Source: Pavona decussata (taxonomy: Eukaryota). From it: a DNA stretch of 64,000 bases. The DNA lies in NCBI GenBank assembly GCA_977016875.1, contig CDRNST010000144.1, forward strand, positions 310,001 to 374,000, in the 5' to 3' direction. Each line of letters opens with the position of its first letter. Position 1 is the first letter of the stretch. The position numbers were made by a program, and so were the translations under genes. Positions 26,402 through 39,170 of this stretch are shown here, piece by piece. The notes under the pieces are model-generated. The model was not told where the DNA came from and searched no databases. It saw only the letters and a program-made list of their open reading frames with translations.

Positions 26402-27562
26402 CCGGTGTACCCTTGTAGCTTTCTTTTCAAGATGCCTTCATATGTATTATTTTTACATACAGACATGTAATATCTGCATCTTGAATAAGACGTGTGTCAG
26501 TTCATCTTATTGGAACGCAAATTAGTGTTTCGCCAATGAGAATGTGGATTTCAAGTAACAAGTATTATAGCCCAATCATGTTAAAATCACCAGTTGTGAC
26601 CAAAATTGTCAACTATTAAAACAACAAAAGTAACGTGATTAACGTAATTTAGAGTTTAACTTATGATTGTGCGGTAAAAGATTGTTCTTTCCGGTTTAAT
26701 GTTCAGGTTGTGTGCGATAACAAGACTCAAGGAATTTGATTAAAGGTATCTTTATTTGACTTTACTACCAACGATTTCTCTGCCCAGTTCAAGTCTTGCT
26801 ATGCAGCAAACGCTTTGGGAAGAGCTGCCGCATAAGAAAGCACGTACTTCAATGACTGATGAAGTAAGTGGGAATCCGCTTGTTCCAAATGAGGTAGCCG
26901 TCACCAGCGCAAGTCACTCCAAAACTAAAAGGGACGATAAAAACACACATTCAGCAAGAAAACAACAAGACTTGGTGAAGCGGCCAAATGAGAGTATGTT
27001 TTTCTGCTACTGATGAAAAAAGTGATAGTCCACCTGTTCCAAACAGAGTAGTTACTGCTACAAGTCATGACTCAAAAAGTGAACGTGAAGAGGAGGACAC
27101 AAGTTCATAGGATGGTGCATTTCTGAGTGAGATTACCGAGTATGCGGTTCACGGTAAGCTATAAGACATTATCGTTTGTGGTTTGAACAAAAGTCAGAGT
27201 GACTAACAATGCATGTGCAATGGGAGTGCTGATACGCTATTTTTGGTTCAAAATTGGATGGGACATTGCAGCGACAAATTGCCCTCAAATTACACTGAGA
27301 AAAAACCTCCACTTTAAATTCTACATTGCTAGGTTTAGCCCACAAAAGTCCATATTTTTAGTTTTTCTACTGTTATAATCCCGAGTATGCAGTATTTTGT
27401 TGTTGTTATTGTTGTTGTCAGCTTAAGCTCGAGATGAAATAATTGCCAAAATTCACTCCACCATAAACTTTTGTTTCATTGTTTAAAAAAATCGCATGTT
27501 CTTTGTTTTATCATATCAATGCCACAGTACGGTTCTTGCTGGGTCATTCAACATCGCTTCTA

Positions 27563-28021
27563 ATCATCTCCATCGTCTAGATAAAAATCTGAACCATTGC
27601 CATAAGCGCAATATTGATTGGGACCTTCTACCTTAATCTATATGGCAGGTGAGTTGGAAATATATTTGCACATAATTTTTTTTTCACAAATAGTAATACT
27701 TTGCTTACGAATTCCATGTATCTTTCTTCTAGGCAAGCAAACTCTTTGGAAAAGGAATGAAGCAACGAGGCACTTTGATCCTCTTTGGAGTAACATCATC
27801 TCCATCGTCTAGATAAAAATCTGAACCATTGCCATAAGCGCAATATTGATTGGGACCTTCTACCTTAATCTATATGCAGGTGAGTTGGAAATATATTTGC
27901 ATATAATTTTTTTTCACAAATAGTAATACTTTGCTTACGAATTCCATGTATCTTTCTTCTAGGCAAGCAAACTCTTGGGAAAAGGAATGAAGCAACGAGG
28001 CACTTTGATCCTCTTTGGAGT
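27563..28021. repeat. Tandem duplication, 232-bp period
   Basis: atcatctccatcgtctag...ctctttggagt starts at 27563 and 27795, nearly identical. Confidence 0.95.
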
Positions 28022-28871
28022 CCTTATCCTCGTGGCATTTTGCATGGGACATCCCTGTATGAATGTTCATGTCTTCTGGATGAAAACGGTGATTATGTGG
28101 GTGGCCTGTGTCATAACTACAGGTATTTACACATTTTATCTATCAAAAAGAACTAATAACCCTTACAAAACGCCTCAAAAAAATTGTCAAAAAATATTTT
28201 AACCTACGATTTTTCAAACTTCTTCCAGTTCACGAACCATACCTGCTAAAACAAGACAACATAAATATACACTGAGGTACCCAACTAACCAACATCTTTA
28301 TTTATAACCATCCATTCCATTATTGTTTGAAGGGCGTTGTAAATCTACGTCCCACAAACACCTCGTTGAAATACTAAAGCTGGTGGCAGACCATGTGATT
28401 GTTCGTGATGTCTCCCCAAAGTCTTTGATTCTACCCCATTGCACATGGGATAAATTTGCTGAGATTCTAGCTGATGGAGGAGGAAGATCGTTGTGCTTGT
28501 TTTAAGAGTTAATGTCATTTGTAACTACAATGAACATGTACTCATCAAACAAGATGCAAGTCTCAGATACATGGGAGTATCAGGATTTTCTACAACCGTT
28601 TAAAGACAGTCTAAAACAAGAGAGACAGGTAAAACCACATCCTTAAGTTTATGGTGATTATTCTAATATTGAAAACAATTTAATGCTGCATTCCAATTTT
28701 ATAATCCCTCTTCTTCTTTTCAATGCATCTTAAGAATTCTTTTACTAAAATCTACCATCAATTTAATGTTTACAAAATATCAAATAGATTTTAGGAATAA
28801 AGAAAGTAATAATAAGAAAAAAAAGGAAAAAGACAGGAACAAAATGAGAAGAACAAGAAAAATATAAATTA

Positions 28872-29170
28872 TAGCCTGCAGAGCAGGTGTATTTTTAGTG
28901 GGTAGGCGTTAAAGGCTACAATATAGGATACAAATACTCTATGCCGCCATCTTGGATGATAAAGCTGACAGAGGGTTGGGGCAAGCCCAAAACGGATTCC
29001 GAGGAAGAGGACGATGGATTTAAAAAAGAAGAGGAGAAGGGGAAAAGCCCCTCACCCGCCCCTCCTCTACTAGTCCCAATTCTCTACGAGCTGTGCATTT
29101 AAAATAGCGGCCTTCTAACAAGCGTTCGAATAAATGAGTGTTTCTACACCAAAATGCCTGCTCCGCCATA
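28872..29170. mobile_element. MITE with TAG-start termini (Academ-like)
   Basis: tagcctgcagagcaggtgtattttt ... aaaatgcctgctccgccata imperfect TIRs. Confidence 0.5.
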
Positions 29171-29944
29171 TAAATTATTATTATTATTATTATTATTATC
29201 ATTATTATTATAAGTAAAAACTGAATTTACCTACTCTTACCCTTTACAAGTACATAACCCCTCAACCAATGAAAAATATACATGTAATTATTTACGACCT
29301 GAATTAATTGTGCTATTTTCCAATCAACAGTCACCGGCAATGCAAATTTCAATATGCAATGCCATTTGGATTTTCTTCCCATATTCTGTGGTATTTTCCA
29401 CCCTCAGGGAATCCATTTTAGCTCCAGACAAATGCGAAATCGTTTTTACATCCTACATCTTTTTGACTCCATATCTACCATGTAATTCTCCACATTTCTT
29501 AAAAATAATCAAATCATACCATCGCAAAAAATTCCTATTAGGCAACTTCATCTTGCTTTCCACAATTCAGCCATATTATTTCTTAAATATCTTTGTCATG
29601 TTCTTAAATTTTAAAACTCAATACAACCTTTTCAATTAAATTGGAGCTATGATCAAAATGACTTACTGTCATTTCACTTTCCAACACAACTTAATGAGCT
29701 GCACTGTTTTTGAAAATATTTCAGTATTTTGCTATAACTCACTTTAATTAAATACTTAATAGTACTATTTTAGAAAGCTAAATAACACATTTAACTAACA
29801 GTTTATCACAAAGCATAATGCCCTATTACCAACAACATTATTATGCGATTTTTAAATCTCAATCCAAAATGCATTTTACCAGTTGATTTTTTAGCGGACT
29901 TGTATATTCATAGCAAGATGACATACCAAATAGAATGCAAATTT

Positions 29945-30165
29945 TGACCACTGTGATGACGAATATCGTTGTCGATAAGAGTGCAGACAATGCTAAACCA
30001 CATTCGATTTGTTTTTCACCACAAAATCAACGTCAAAGAAAATGTTCACTATAACTGTCAAAATTTGCGCACGCTAATTGATGCGAGCAGCGTTGTCTAG
30101 ACTCTTATCAACAACGGAAAATTAGCCAATCAGATTGCGAGATTAGAAAAAATTGTAGTAAAAAT
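29945..30165. mobile_element. Non-autonomous repeat with internal inverted repeat
   Basis: ttgtcgataagagtgcagacaatgct pairs with agcgttgtctagactcttatcaacaa. Confidence 0.5.
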
Positions 30166-30235
30166 ACTTGTATCCTCTCGTAAATTCATTTTCATGATTT
30201 TAAAAATAATTTCCTACAGTAACTGCATGCTCTTA

Positions 30236-30263
30236 GGCGGGAGTAACTATGACTCTCTTAAGG
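30236..30263 (+). other. 28-nt 28S rRNA fragment (sequence upstream of the R2 target site)
   Basis: GGCGGGAGTAACTATGACTCTCTTAAGG matches the conserved 28S sequence directly 5' of the R2 insertion site; no other rDNA nearby. Confidence 0.92.
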
Positions 30264-33200
30264 GGGGTTGCATGTTACGTCCTTAGCCCGAGGGAAGTGC
30301 CTTCACGAGTTGAGGCAGTTGTATGTGGGGGGACTTTACCATCTTCTCACCCTGTCCACAGTAATCATCGGTCTGTCTCTGGCGGGGGCCGTTAGTACGG
30401 GCCTCAGCCCCGAAGCTAAAACTTCCCAGGCCAGCGGGGCTAACCTCCCCGCTGGTCCAATCATCTGGTTCGAGACATATAAGAAGAAGGAACAGGGGCG
30501 GCCACCGCTGCCCCCACAGATGATGTACGGCGTGGTGGCACGGCGGCAGACATGGGATTGCTTTCCGTCTGTCCCGAATGCAAGAGAGCATTCGGGTCAG
30601 CGAGGGATCTGTCCCAGCACCGGCGCTGGGTGCACCCCACTGAGCACCATGCAGAGAACGTGCCCACTGCCAGGGTAAAGGCACGGTGGGATCACGAGGA
30701 GCTCTTAATCCTGGCACGTGCTGAAATTGTTCTCCAGGCATCAATCAACAATTGGTGCAAATCACCCCTGGCAGGACTCTCGAAGCCATCAAGGGAGTCC
30801 GCAAGAGTATGCGTTACCAGGAGCTGCTGGCCTCTTTACAGCCGGAGGCCCAGAGCAGCGACCTTATTGAAAGCAAATCAGTCGGCCCCGACCTGGGGTC
30901 TCCGAATGACTTCTCCGATGATACCACTCCCGACCATAGCCCTAATAGATGGGCTGTGGAGGTCCAGACGACCATTGAACAACTTGGCGTCCCTGATGGT
31001 ATTGACATCGATGCCATCAACCCTGGACTAGTGAACAACCATACCAGGGACATACTGGATGCGGAATATGCCAGGTGGTTGCCTCCACTGACAAGACCTA
31101 AGAGGAGGCCACCAAGACGATGATCTGGGACCCCAAGGGTACGGACTGGACTACCAGCAAGCACCGTAAGGGGGAGGCGTAGGACTTCCTACGCCCGAAC
31201 GCAGCGATCTTTCAGACTATCAAGGAAGCGCTCCGCTAACAATGTCCTTTCCGGTACCTGGGAGGAGCAACCTTCCCCAGTACCGGTGGCTACACAAGAA
31301 CCGTACTGGCGTGGCGTATTTCAACAGGCATCCATGCATGACGATTGCAGACCTCCACCAAAAGGGCCGGTTGAGTGGGACCTGGTCAATCCCATCACCA
31401 TCGAGGAAGTGACCAACGCCTGACGGGGCCCCAGGGCCGGATCGCCGATCCCTTAGCGGCTTGAAACGGCTTTGGCGGGAAGAGGTAGCGGCCCACTTCA
31501 ATGTGTGGCTGCTGGCAGGCTATCCGCCTGCGCCTCTCCGCCGCGGTGAGACAGTCCTGATCGCCAAAGAGCAGGGCGCCACCTCACCCGAGAAGCAACG
31601 CCCGATTACATTATCAGACACCATCTTGCGGTGCTTTCATAACATCCTTGCTTCCCGGTTTGAAACAACCTGCCGTGGAACAGGTGCCAGAAGGCGTTTA
31701 TGAAAGGGGTGGCGTGGCTGATTCAATCTGGCTACTGCAAACGATCATTCGCCAATATCAGAGGACGCTCAATCCGCTCAACATCGCCTTTCTTGACGTT
31801 AAGAAGGCCTTTGACTCTGTCAGCCACCAGAGGATGGGAGTGCCACCTCCATTGCTGGGCTATCTGGGCGAACTCTACGGAGACGCCTGGACATGCCTAC
31901 TCATTGGCCCTGACCACAGCTAGCCTATCAAAGTGGCGAGGGGGGTGAGACAGGGCGATCCTCTCTCTGTCCATCTTTTCAACGCATCTATCGACTGGGC
32001 TCTGGATCGTCTTCATCCTGAGCTTGCTGTAATGGTTGGGGAGATGAGAGTGAATGCTGGAGCATTCGCAGACGACATTGCGTTGATCGCAAGGACAACC
32101 GGCAGCCTCCAGCACCTGCTCAACGACCTTGCTGCTGAGTTTAGGCTCAGTGGCTTGGAAGTTAGTGCGAGGCTGGATGGAAAGTCAGCCAGTCTGCAGA
32201 TTGACATTGATGGCAAGAGGAAGATGTGGATTGTCAACCCACATCCCCACTTGCAGGTCTTCGGGCAACCAATTCCTGCAATAGGTGTCGCTGAAGTTCG
32301 CTGGGAGTTCCTCTCTCTCCAATGAGAATGAGGGCGGACATCACTGGCAAGCTTAATGAACATATCCCGAGCCCCCCTAAAGCCCCAGCAGCGGCTGTTC
32401 ATCCTCAACAACAATCTCATACCAGCCTTATATCACCAGTTGGTACTGACTACGACAACTAAGAAGTACCTAAAGTAGCTTGACAGATCTGTCAGGACGG
32501 CTGTTCGATCCTGGTTGAAGTTGCTGTGTAATACGCCCAAGGCCTTTTTCCATGCTAAGATCTTCGATGGAAGCCTTGGAATCGTCACCCTTGAGCATCA
32601 GGTCCCGTTGATGAAAATCAAGCGCATCGACGGTTTTTGGGCCAGCAATGACCAGTAATTAGGGAGATGCTGTCAACGGACGGTGCAGAGTCCCTGCTGG
32701 CTAAGCAAAGGGAGCCCAGCCGTTACAGGGGGTGGAGATCGCAAGTGGATCCAGCCTTCGAGCTGCACTGGCGATCGACCTCCATTCTTCTGTTGACGGC
32801 AGGGGATTGCGCGAGAGCGACCTTGTCCCACAACGACATCAGTGGGTTGCTGAAGGCACAAATCTGTAGTGCGACGCCAGTTATATAGGCAAGGTGAAGG
32901 TGCGAGGCAACGTTCTTCCTACAGCAGTCCGTTCTTCCAGGGCACGCACAGGTGTAAGCATCGTTTGTGCGGCTTCCCAGTGACCCGGATCACTTGGGCA
33001 CATACTTCAAGTTTGCCTTAGGACTCATAACTCGAGAGTTTCCAGACACGATAAGATTGTCTCCCTGCTGCAGTCCGCTGTGGGTAAAGCCGGGTGGTCT
33101 TGCATCAGAGAGGCTGCCATTCCAACCGCGGAGGGCCTGCGTAGACCCGACCTAATTTCCATCACGAATCGTGGTCCACTATCGTTCTGGATGTGACGAT

Positions 33201-33540
33201 TGTTGCTGACAGCGCGGTCCTTCACGAGGTGCATGCGCGTAAAGTCCAGTATTATGATGTCCCGGATCGCGCGGAATATCTCTGACAAACCAGTACAATT
33301 CTCTAGTGTGTTGCTCAGCTGGAGGGGGCTGATGGCTCGTGCATCAGCTGAGACCTTGTGCTAGCAACAGGGTCGGCAACTCTCAAGTCTCCTGTCCGCG
33401 GTCACCTGCGATAGGAGCCTGTGGATCTGGCATCATTTCCACAGAAGCAATTACACGCTCCGTGGATGACGGGCACTATGTGCCCCGACTTTCCGCTGTG
33501 CCTTCACGTCGGTATGTAGGGTCAACCTCCCCATATAAAA
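30236..33540 (+). mobile_element. R2 non-LTR retrotransposon, near full-length, decayed, outside rDNA
   Basis: One C2H2 finger (CPECKRAFGSARDLSQHRRWVH), Myb-like (RWDHEELLILARAE, PGRTLEAIKGVRK), RT (FLDVKKAFDSV, GVRQGDPLS, AFADD), KPQQRLFIL, restriction-like endonuclease region (HILQVC, RHD, RPDL, LDVTIV, KVQYY), stop at 33467-33469; many frameshifts; 3' boundary approximate. Confidence 0.9.
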
Positions 33541-34829
33541 GAGCAAAGAACATTTATTTACCACGACATTGTCAGTTAATGTAATCTTTATGTCTAGTCT
33601 AGCCTGGGCGCAGTGTATTGTGCTGCCCCTCACTCAAACCCACCACTCAAAACAGAAACATAATTCCTCAGGTTGCAAAGCGAGTAGTTTTTACAGCCTC
33701 TACATTAAACAGCCCTTAAAAATTTTGGATCAGCAGGATTGATTACAATTTGAAATCCCCAAAATACTTCACTTGCCCGCTGGACAGTCATTAAAAACAC
33801 AATATGTACTACTCAATAGTAACACAGATCCCTGCCAGTTAGCTGACATGACTTCCTTTGTATGCTGCTCCTACATACTCTACATTAAACTGTATATAGT
33901 ATATATTTTAGAATCTCTGTTTTGACATTTCACTTTTCTAGCATGGCAATGTTACCACTACTACTGAGCACACCAGATAGGATAACTTGTTCACACCAGT
34001 TCCAAAATTTTTCGACTTAATATTTATAACTTAGTGATTTTTGTTTCAATAATTTATTTACTTTAACATGTTACTGTCAACGTTACACTTATATCCTCAA
34101 AATGACACCTTAATGAAATGTTTCAATAGCACATCAAGTAACAGTACTTCCAACTATTACTTTCTGTACAAATAAGTATCACCTTTTTAAAAATACTGCA
34201 TGTCCATAATACCTGAGGTGCTTCTTCAGTAACCAATTCCACATTCAACCAGACAATAACTTGTATACCTGATTTATTTGCTGTGCAGGTGTATTTCCTT
34301 TGCAAGCAAGCTCAACTGCAAAATCGGAAGAGGTGTGGGAGTTTTCAACAAAGTTAGCAGATCTTGGAATGTCCATACAGAACTAGAATATTACAATATG
34401 GAAAATGATCAAAGGTAAGATTATGATCCACAGGCTATAATTATTTAACAAATTTACCAAAAAATTCTTTCCAATAGAGTAATACACGGCAAAAAAAACA
34501 AGTATTGATCATTCTACCAAATTAATGAAATCATAAAGTGCAAAATAAAATACAGTTGCACCTATATTAAGCGGCCACCCTGGCCTTTGAAAGCTGGCCG
34601 CTTAATAGAGGTTGGTCGTTTAATAGAGGTACAATATTAATTGGGTAGAAATGGCAGTCAACATAATTTTATTCCCTCCATTATAGTATATAGCAAAATG
34701 CTTGCTGAAAAGTGAACATATTTGAAGATAAATGCAAAAATCATTGAAACAAAATATTAAGTGCCCTGTATTTGTGCATTTTAAGTCTGTGCAAAGTGCG
34801 TGCTAGGCTCTAATACTAATCTGTCTGTC

Positions 34830-36790
34830 TGCCCCAGACTTGTCTTACAGTTAGGTACAAATGATCTTCAAACCATTTCTGCCGTTGAACCTGGCTCTGC
34901 TCTTGACAATCTAACTTGTTTGCTATATGAGTCATACAGTGTGCGGATGGTCTGCAATTGCCAGACGACTTTTCGCAGGGATACTCCTCTTTTGAAAACC
35001 AAGTGAAGTTATTAACTTAGTATCTTAAGGAGGCTCGAGGCAGTTTTTTTGGACATAGGGTGGAAGTTTTGAAATTACAATCTCGCATACAAGATAAACT
35101 TCGATCTCCTTTATACTACATCATCATTTCAACATGTGATCAAAGTTTATTTTCTCATCGGTTTCCAAGCAACAGCTATTACCATAGCAACGGAAGCGCA
35201 TAGCCTCTCATTTTCAACATTGTCGATTATCTAAAAATCTAGTTAGACACCTTATGACGAAACTTTAGGGATTTAAACTACTCAATCCAGACAACTTGTA
35301 GGCGAAATTAGAAAAAAATCTGTAAGAGCGTTTTCAAGTAAATAATGAATCAATTTTTACGGGGTGATTTTGTTTATTCCAGCATTTTTCACCAATATCT
35401 CTGGCAAAATAAAACTTGACACTTTGTCTTTTCTGTCAAAAGGTCATTGCTAATAGCAAAATATTCTAAATGTACATTGAGCTTCATGGGTGTCTCCGAT
35501 TTTATGATATTTATGTTTAAAAACAGTTAAAATAAAGCACAAATGAATGAAAAAGTTCCTACCTTGCATAAATCGAGATATCTTTAAAATACCCCAGCAG
35601 ATTTTTCTGTTAAATTACAAGCGGTTAGAGTAAGAATTCTTTTCGATATTCACACAATTTTTAGGCTCAAGAACCGAAACCGGTGTTAAATAAGGAGGCT
35701 GAATCTTGGTCAAGTTTCAGTCGTTATTCGCTTTCTCTGAACAAGAGTTTTATTTTGTTTGTCCCGGTCTATTCCACTCCTATTCACGTGCTGTGAATAT
35801 TTATGATTACGTGAAGTCATGCAAAAGGTAAAATTTACATAAATATATGCTCCTGCTTCTCAGGTCTTCCATTGTAAATCTTACCTTTTGCACGTCTTCA
35901 CGTTATGATAAATATTCAAAGCACGTGAATAGTAGTGAAATAGACCGGGACAAACAAAATAAAATTCTTGTTCGCAGAAAGCGAGTAACGACTGAAACTT
36001 GACCAAGATTCAGCCTTCTTATCTAACACCAATTTCGGTTCCTGAGCCTAAAACTTGCGTAGATATCGTAAGAATTCTTACTTTAACCACTTGTAATTTA
36101 ACAGATAAATGAGTGGGGGCATTTTAAAGATATCTTGATTTATGAAAAGTAGGAACTCTTTCATTCATCTGCGCTTTATTTTCACAGTTTTTAAACATAA
36201 ATATCATAAAATCGGAGACACCCATGAAGCTCAATGTACATTTAGAATGTTTTGCTATCAGGAAAGACCCTTCGACAGAAAAGACAAAGTGTCAAGTTTT
36301 ATTTTGCCAGAGATATTGGTGAAAAATGCTGGAATAAACAAAATTATTTACTTAAAAACGCTCGTACAGATTTTTTTCTAATTTCGCCTACAAGTTGTAT
36401 AGATTGAGTAGTTTAAATCCCTAAAGTTTCGTCATAAAGTGTCTGACTAGATTTCGAGATAATCGACAATGTTGAAAATGAGAGGCTATGCGCTTCCGTT
36501 GCTATGGCAATAGCTGTCGCTTGGAAATCGATGAGAAAATTAACTTTGATCATATGTTGAAATGATGATGAAGTATGAAGGAGATCGAAGTTTATCTTGT
36601 ATGCGAGATTGTAATTTCAAAACTTCCACCCTAAGTCCAAAAAAACTGGCTCGAGCCTCCTTAAGGGCGTATTGGACCCGCTCCCTTACGTTGTTTATTG
36701 CCGACACTGAGGCCTCTGGAACGGAATGGTGTTCACCTCAACTCCTTAGGTCACTACAATTTTTTTGGTAGCTTGTGAGGGGCAGTTATT
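34830..36790 (+). pseudogene. SGNH/GDSL hydrolase-like ORF relic split by the foldback element
   Basis: LVLQLGTNDL before the insertion; frame resumes across TTAA as YLK|GVLDPLPYVVYCRH*GLW, then GVHLNSLGHY. Confidence 0.65.
35029..36660. mobile_element. 1632-bp foldback DNA transposon with TTAA target duplication (Kolobok-like GG...CC ends)
   Basis: TTAA|GGAGGCTCGAG...CTCGAGCCTCC|TTAA; ~800-bp inverted arms around a ~35-bp spacer at ~35840-35872; no coding capacity seen. Confidence 0.9.
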
Positions 36791-37306
36791 AATGCTTGCG
36801 GTCTGTACAAGCCAAAAGTTTAATTGATCCACTTCTTCAATTTGCGTCTCTTGCCATTTCGGTCTTAAATCTTCGCTAGGCCAACGTTTTTTGATTCATG
36901 CCAAGCTTACTGTTCACAAAGTGTTGTTCGTTGCCTGTGTGGCTTGGTGGACGTGTTCACCAACAGTGCAAAAATCAATTGTATTGTCAGCCAGAGAAAT
37001 ATGTTCAAGTTGTATTTATAACATACCATGCAATTAACAGCCTTGGCATTGTTATTTTTATGCGATCAATTTGCCTTATCAGTGTACAACTAGTGATCAC
37101 CCCATTAAGGCTGTGTACAACACATTCATCTTGCCTCGCCGGCTTGGCACTTGACATGATTTTTTTTCATAAAACGCCCTTTGCAAGATCTATTCTGTTA
37201 GGTTTCCAGACAACAATACCAGGTGGCTATAGTTATTTTAGTGATCCCACATCCTGGGTTGTTGTCTGCTTTCTAGTATTTTATCATCAATTGTATTCTG
37301 TACGAA

Positions 37307-37840
37307 ATGCCTCCCAAAAAAAGTGCCGCCCTTGAGACTTCCATGGCTTCAGCAACTTCCAAACGAGCCAAAAGACCACGAGCCTCCACATTGAAGTCTG
37401 TTTTCAAGAGGGTTCAAGTCCCTGTTAGCGAAACCTCTTCGACCTGAGGCACTGTTTCGTTGGACGTTTACGCAATTTCAGCGACTGTGTCTTGTATGGT
37501 ATGTCAAGCCATCAACACCTCCTTTTCGCCAGAAAATATGGCTATTCTACTCGAAAGCAGTCGAGCTCCACAACGCATTTTGCCTGAGTCTCCCAAGGAT
37601 TCCTCTGGTGCTATTGATGATGCTGTCAGTGCTGAGGTCGTCGATATTATCCAGTACCACTCTCAGGGGAAGCACCCATCTCCTTTAGTTTCATCCGATT
37701 CACAACAAGAGACGAATTTCACGAGTATTTCTGTCCCTTTTAGTTCTAAGGTTAGCACTAAATTGAAAGCAAAATTTTTCACCAACCAATATTTATATTT
37801 TGGGGCGTTATTATCCTCTTTCCTTCCAGGAAATCAGCTA
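37307..37840 (+). pseudogene. gag-like relic of a DIRS/Ngaro-type element
   Basis: MPPKK start and SVPFSSKVSTKLKAKFFTNQYLYFGALL motif, resembling ORF1 of YR retrotransposons. Confidence 0.5.
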
Positions 37841-38008
37841 GAAACTGTGTTTTCAACGAAGGTTGCACTTTAACTGCACCTTATGTTTAATGAGAACATG
37901 CCTCAATATAAAAACAAGTTACAACTGTTATCACGTCCTACTTTTCAACTTTTATGTAGGTTTAGAGAATAAAAGCAGCAGTTGTGTGAATATTATAGCT
38001 AAAACAAA

Positions 38009-38450
38009 ATGGCATTGAAGGATTCAACCGGAAACAAGGCACAGATGAGCCCTTTGCATTTTCAGGTGCCTGCCAACATGTCTTGTTTCGGACCAACCCG
38101 CTCGGGGAAAACAACCTGGATATGCAAGTTACTATGAAATTTACTGGAACACTTCCAAACAAAAAAACGGAGAAACTATAAAGTGGATTGTATACTGTTA
38201 CAACTCCAACTACCAACCAGATTTCAAAATTCTGCTGAAAAAACGAGTTGAATTTATGGAAGGTATGCCGGCAGATGTCAAAGCACTTTTTCACAAAAGC
38301 AAGTAACCTGGAATTTTGATTCTGAACAATTTGATGAGTCCAATGAACAAGGATAAGCAAGCACTTCACGCAGTCACAATGACGACGCATCACAGCAATA
38401 TTTGTTTAATTTTTAAGCAGCAGTGTTTACACCCGAAAGGGCAGAAACCT
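38009..38450 (+). pseudogene. Polinton/Maverick (adintovirus-type) packaging ATPase relic
   Basis: Walker A FGPTRSGKTTWICKLL, WIVYCY...YQP, FMEGMP, decayed Walker B GILILNNLM, THHSNI; frameshifted. Confidence 0.7.
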
Positions 38451-38935
38451 GGTCCAACTGCAACAAAACGCAAGTGTTTAAAATAAAACAACTGTTTAAT
38501 TGTAAAAAACACAGTCTGTTATTTCTACATCATGTCTGTTAACAACTTATTTACACTCATCACAATATTCTCTAACGGAGTACCTCCTGCTACAATTATT
38601 TCTCAAAAAGATCGAATCGTACATAGCGCTATGTCAATTTTGGTTAACGTAATTAACAATGCTTAATTCAAAATTTGAATTTGCATAGTCCATACACCAT
38701 TTTTGCTTCTGTCGTGCACAAAGTTATAGTCTGCAGGCCTTCGCACGTTAACCCACATCCCAAGGGTGTTTCCCAATGCGTACACATTTTGCTCTATCCT
38801 AGTCACTTTTTTCTTTGAAAACGTCTCTGCAACCCTCTTCTGAAGTTGAAGATTCTGCTCTCTTGGAAAATGCATCAGGCATTGAAATGCACATCTCTTC
38901 TTTAAGCACAAGTTCAACAAACAGTTGAAAACCCA

Positions 38936-39170
38936 TTTATTTTTATTTATTTATTCACCACGGCATACAATGATAAAGTTATAGTGGATAATAAACTAGG
39001 ATCTTACATAAGTTTAGAGTGAATAATAGTAGTAAAAGAAGAAGTAAGAAGTGGCGAGGAGACCTCAAGAAACCCCTGGGCTTATACTGAGAGGTCTCCT
39101 CTGAGATATGTTAGGACTGTAAGACTAGTAAAGATATTGTATTTAGATTTTTTAACATACGGTGGTAAGA
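38936..39170 (-). mobile_element. LINE 3'UTR fragment
   Basis: (TTTA)n tail and stem-loop gaggagacctc...gaggtctcctc. Confidence 0.55.

Noticed and set aside
28500-29900. Possible L1/Tx1 LINE remnant on the minus strand
   Set aside because: Composition and an IIWLN motif are suggestive, but it is too decayed to support.
30236-30263. 28S rRNA gene
   Set aside because: Only 28 nt match; the flanks are not rDNA.
33600-33604. TAGCC as the canonical R2 3' junction
   Set aside because: Not followed by AAATGCC and lies ~60 bp past the likely tail; probably chance or the start of another repeat.
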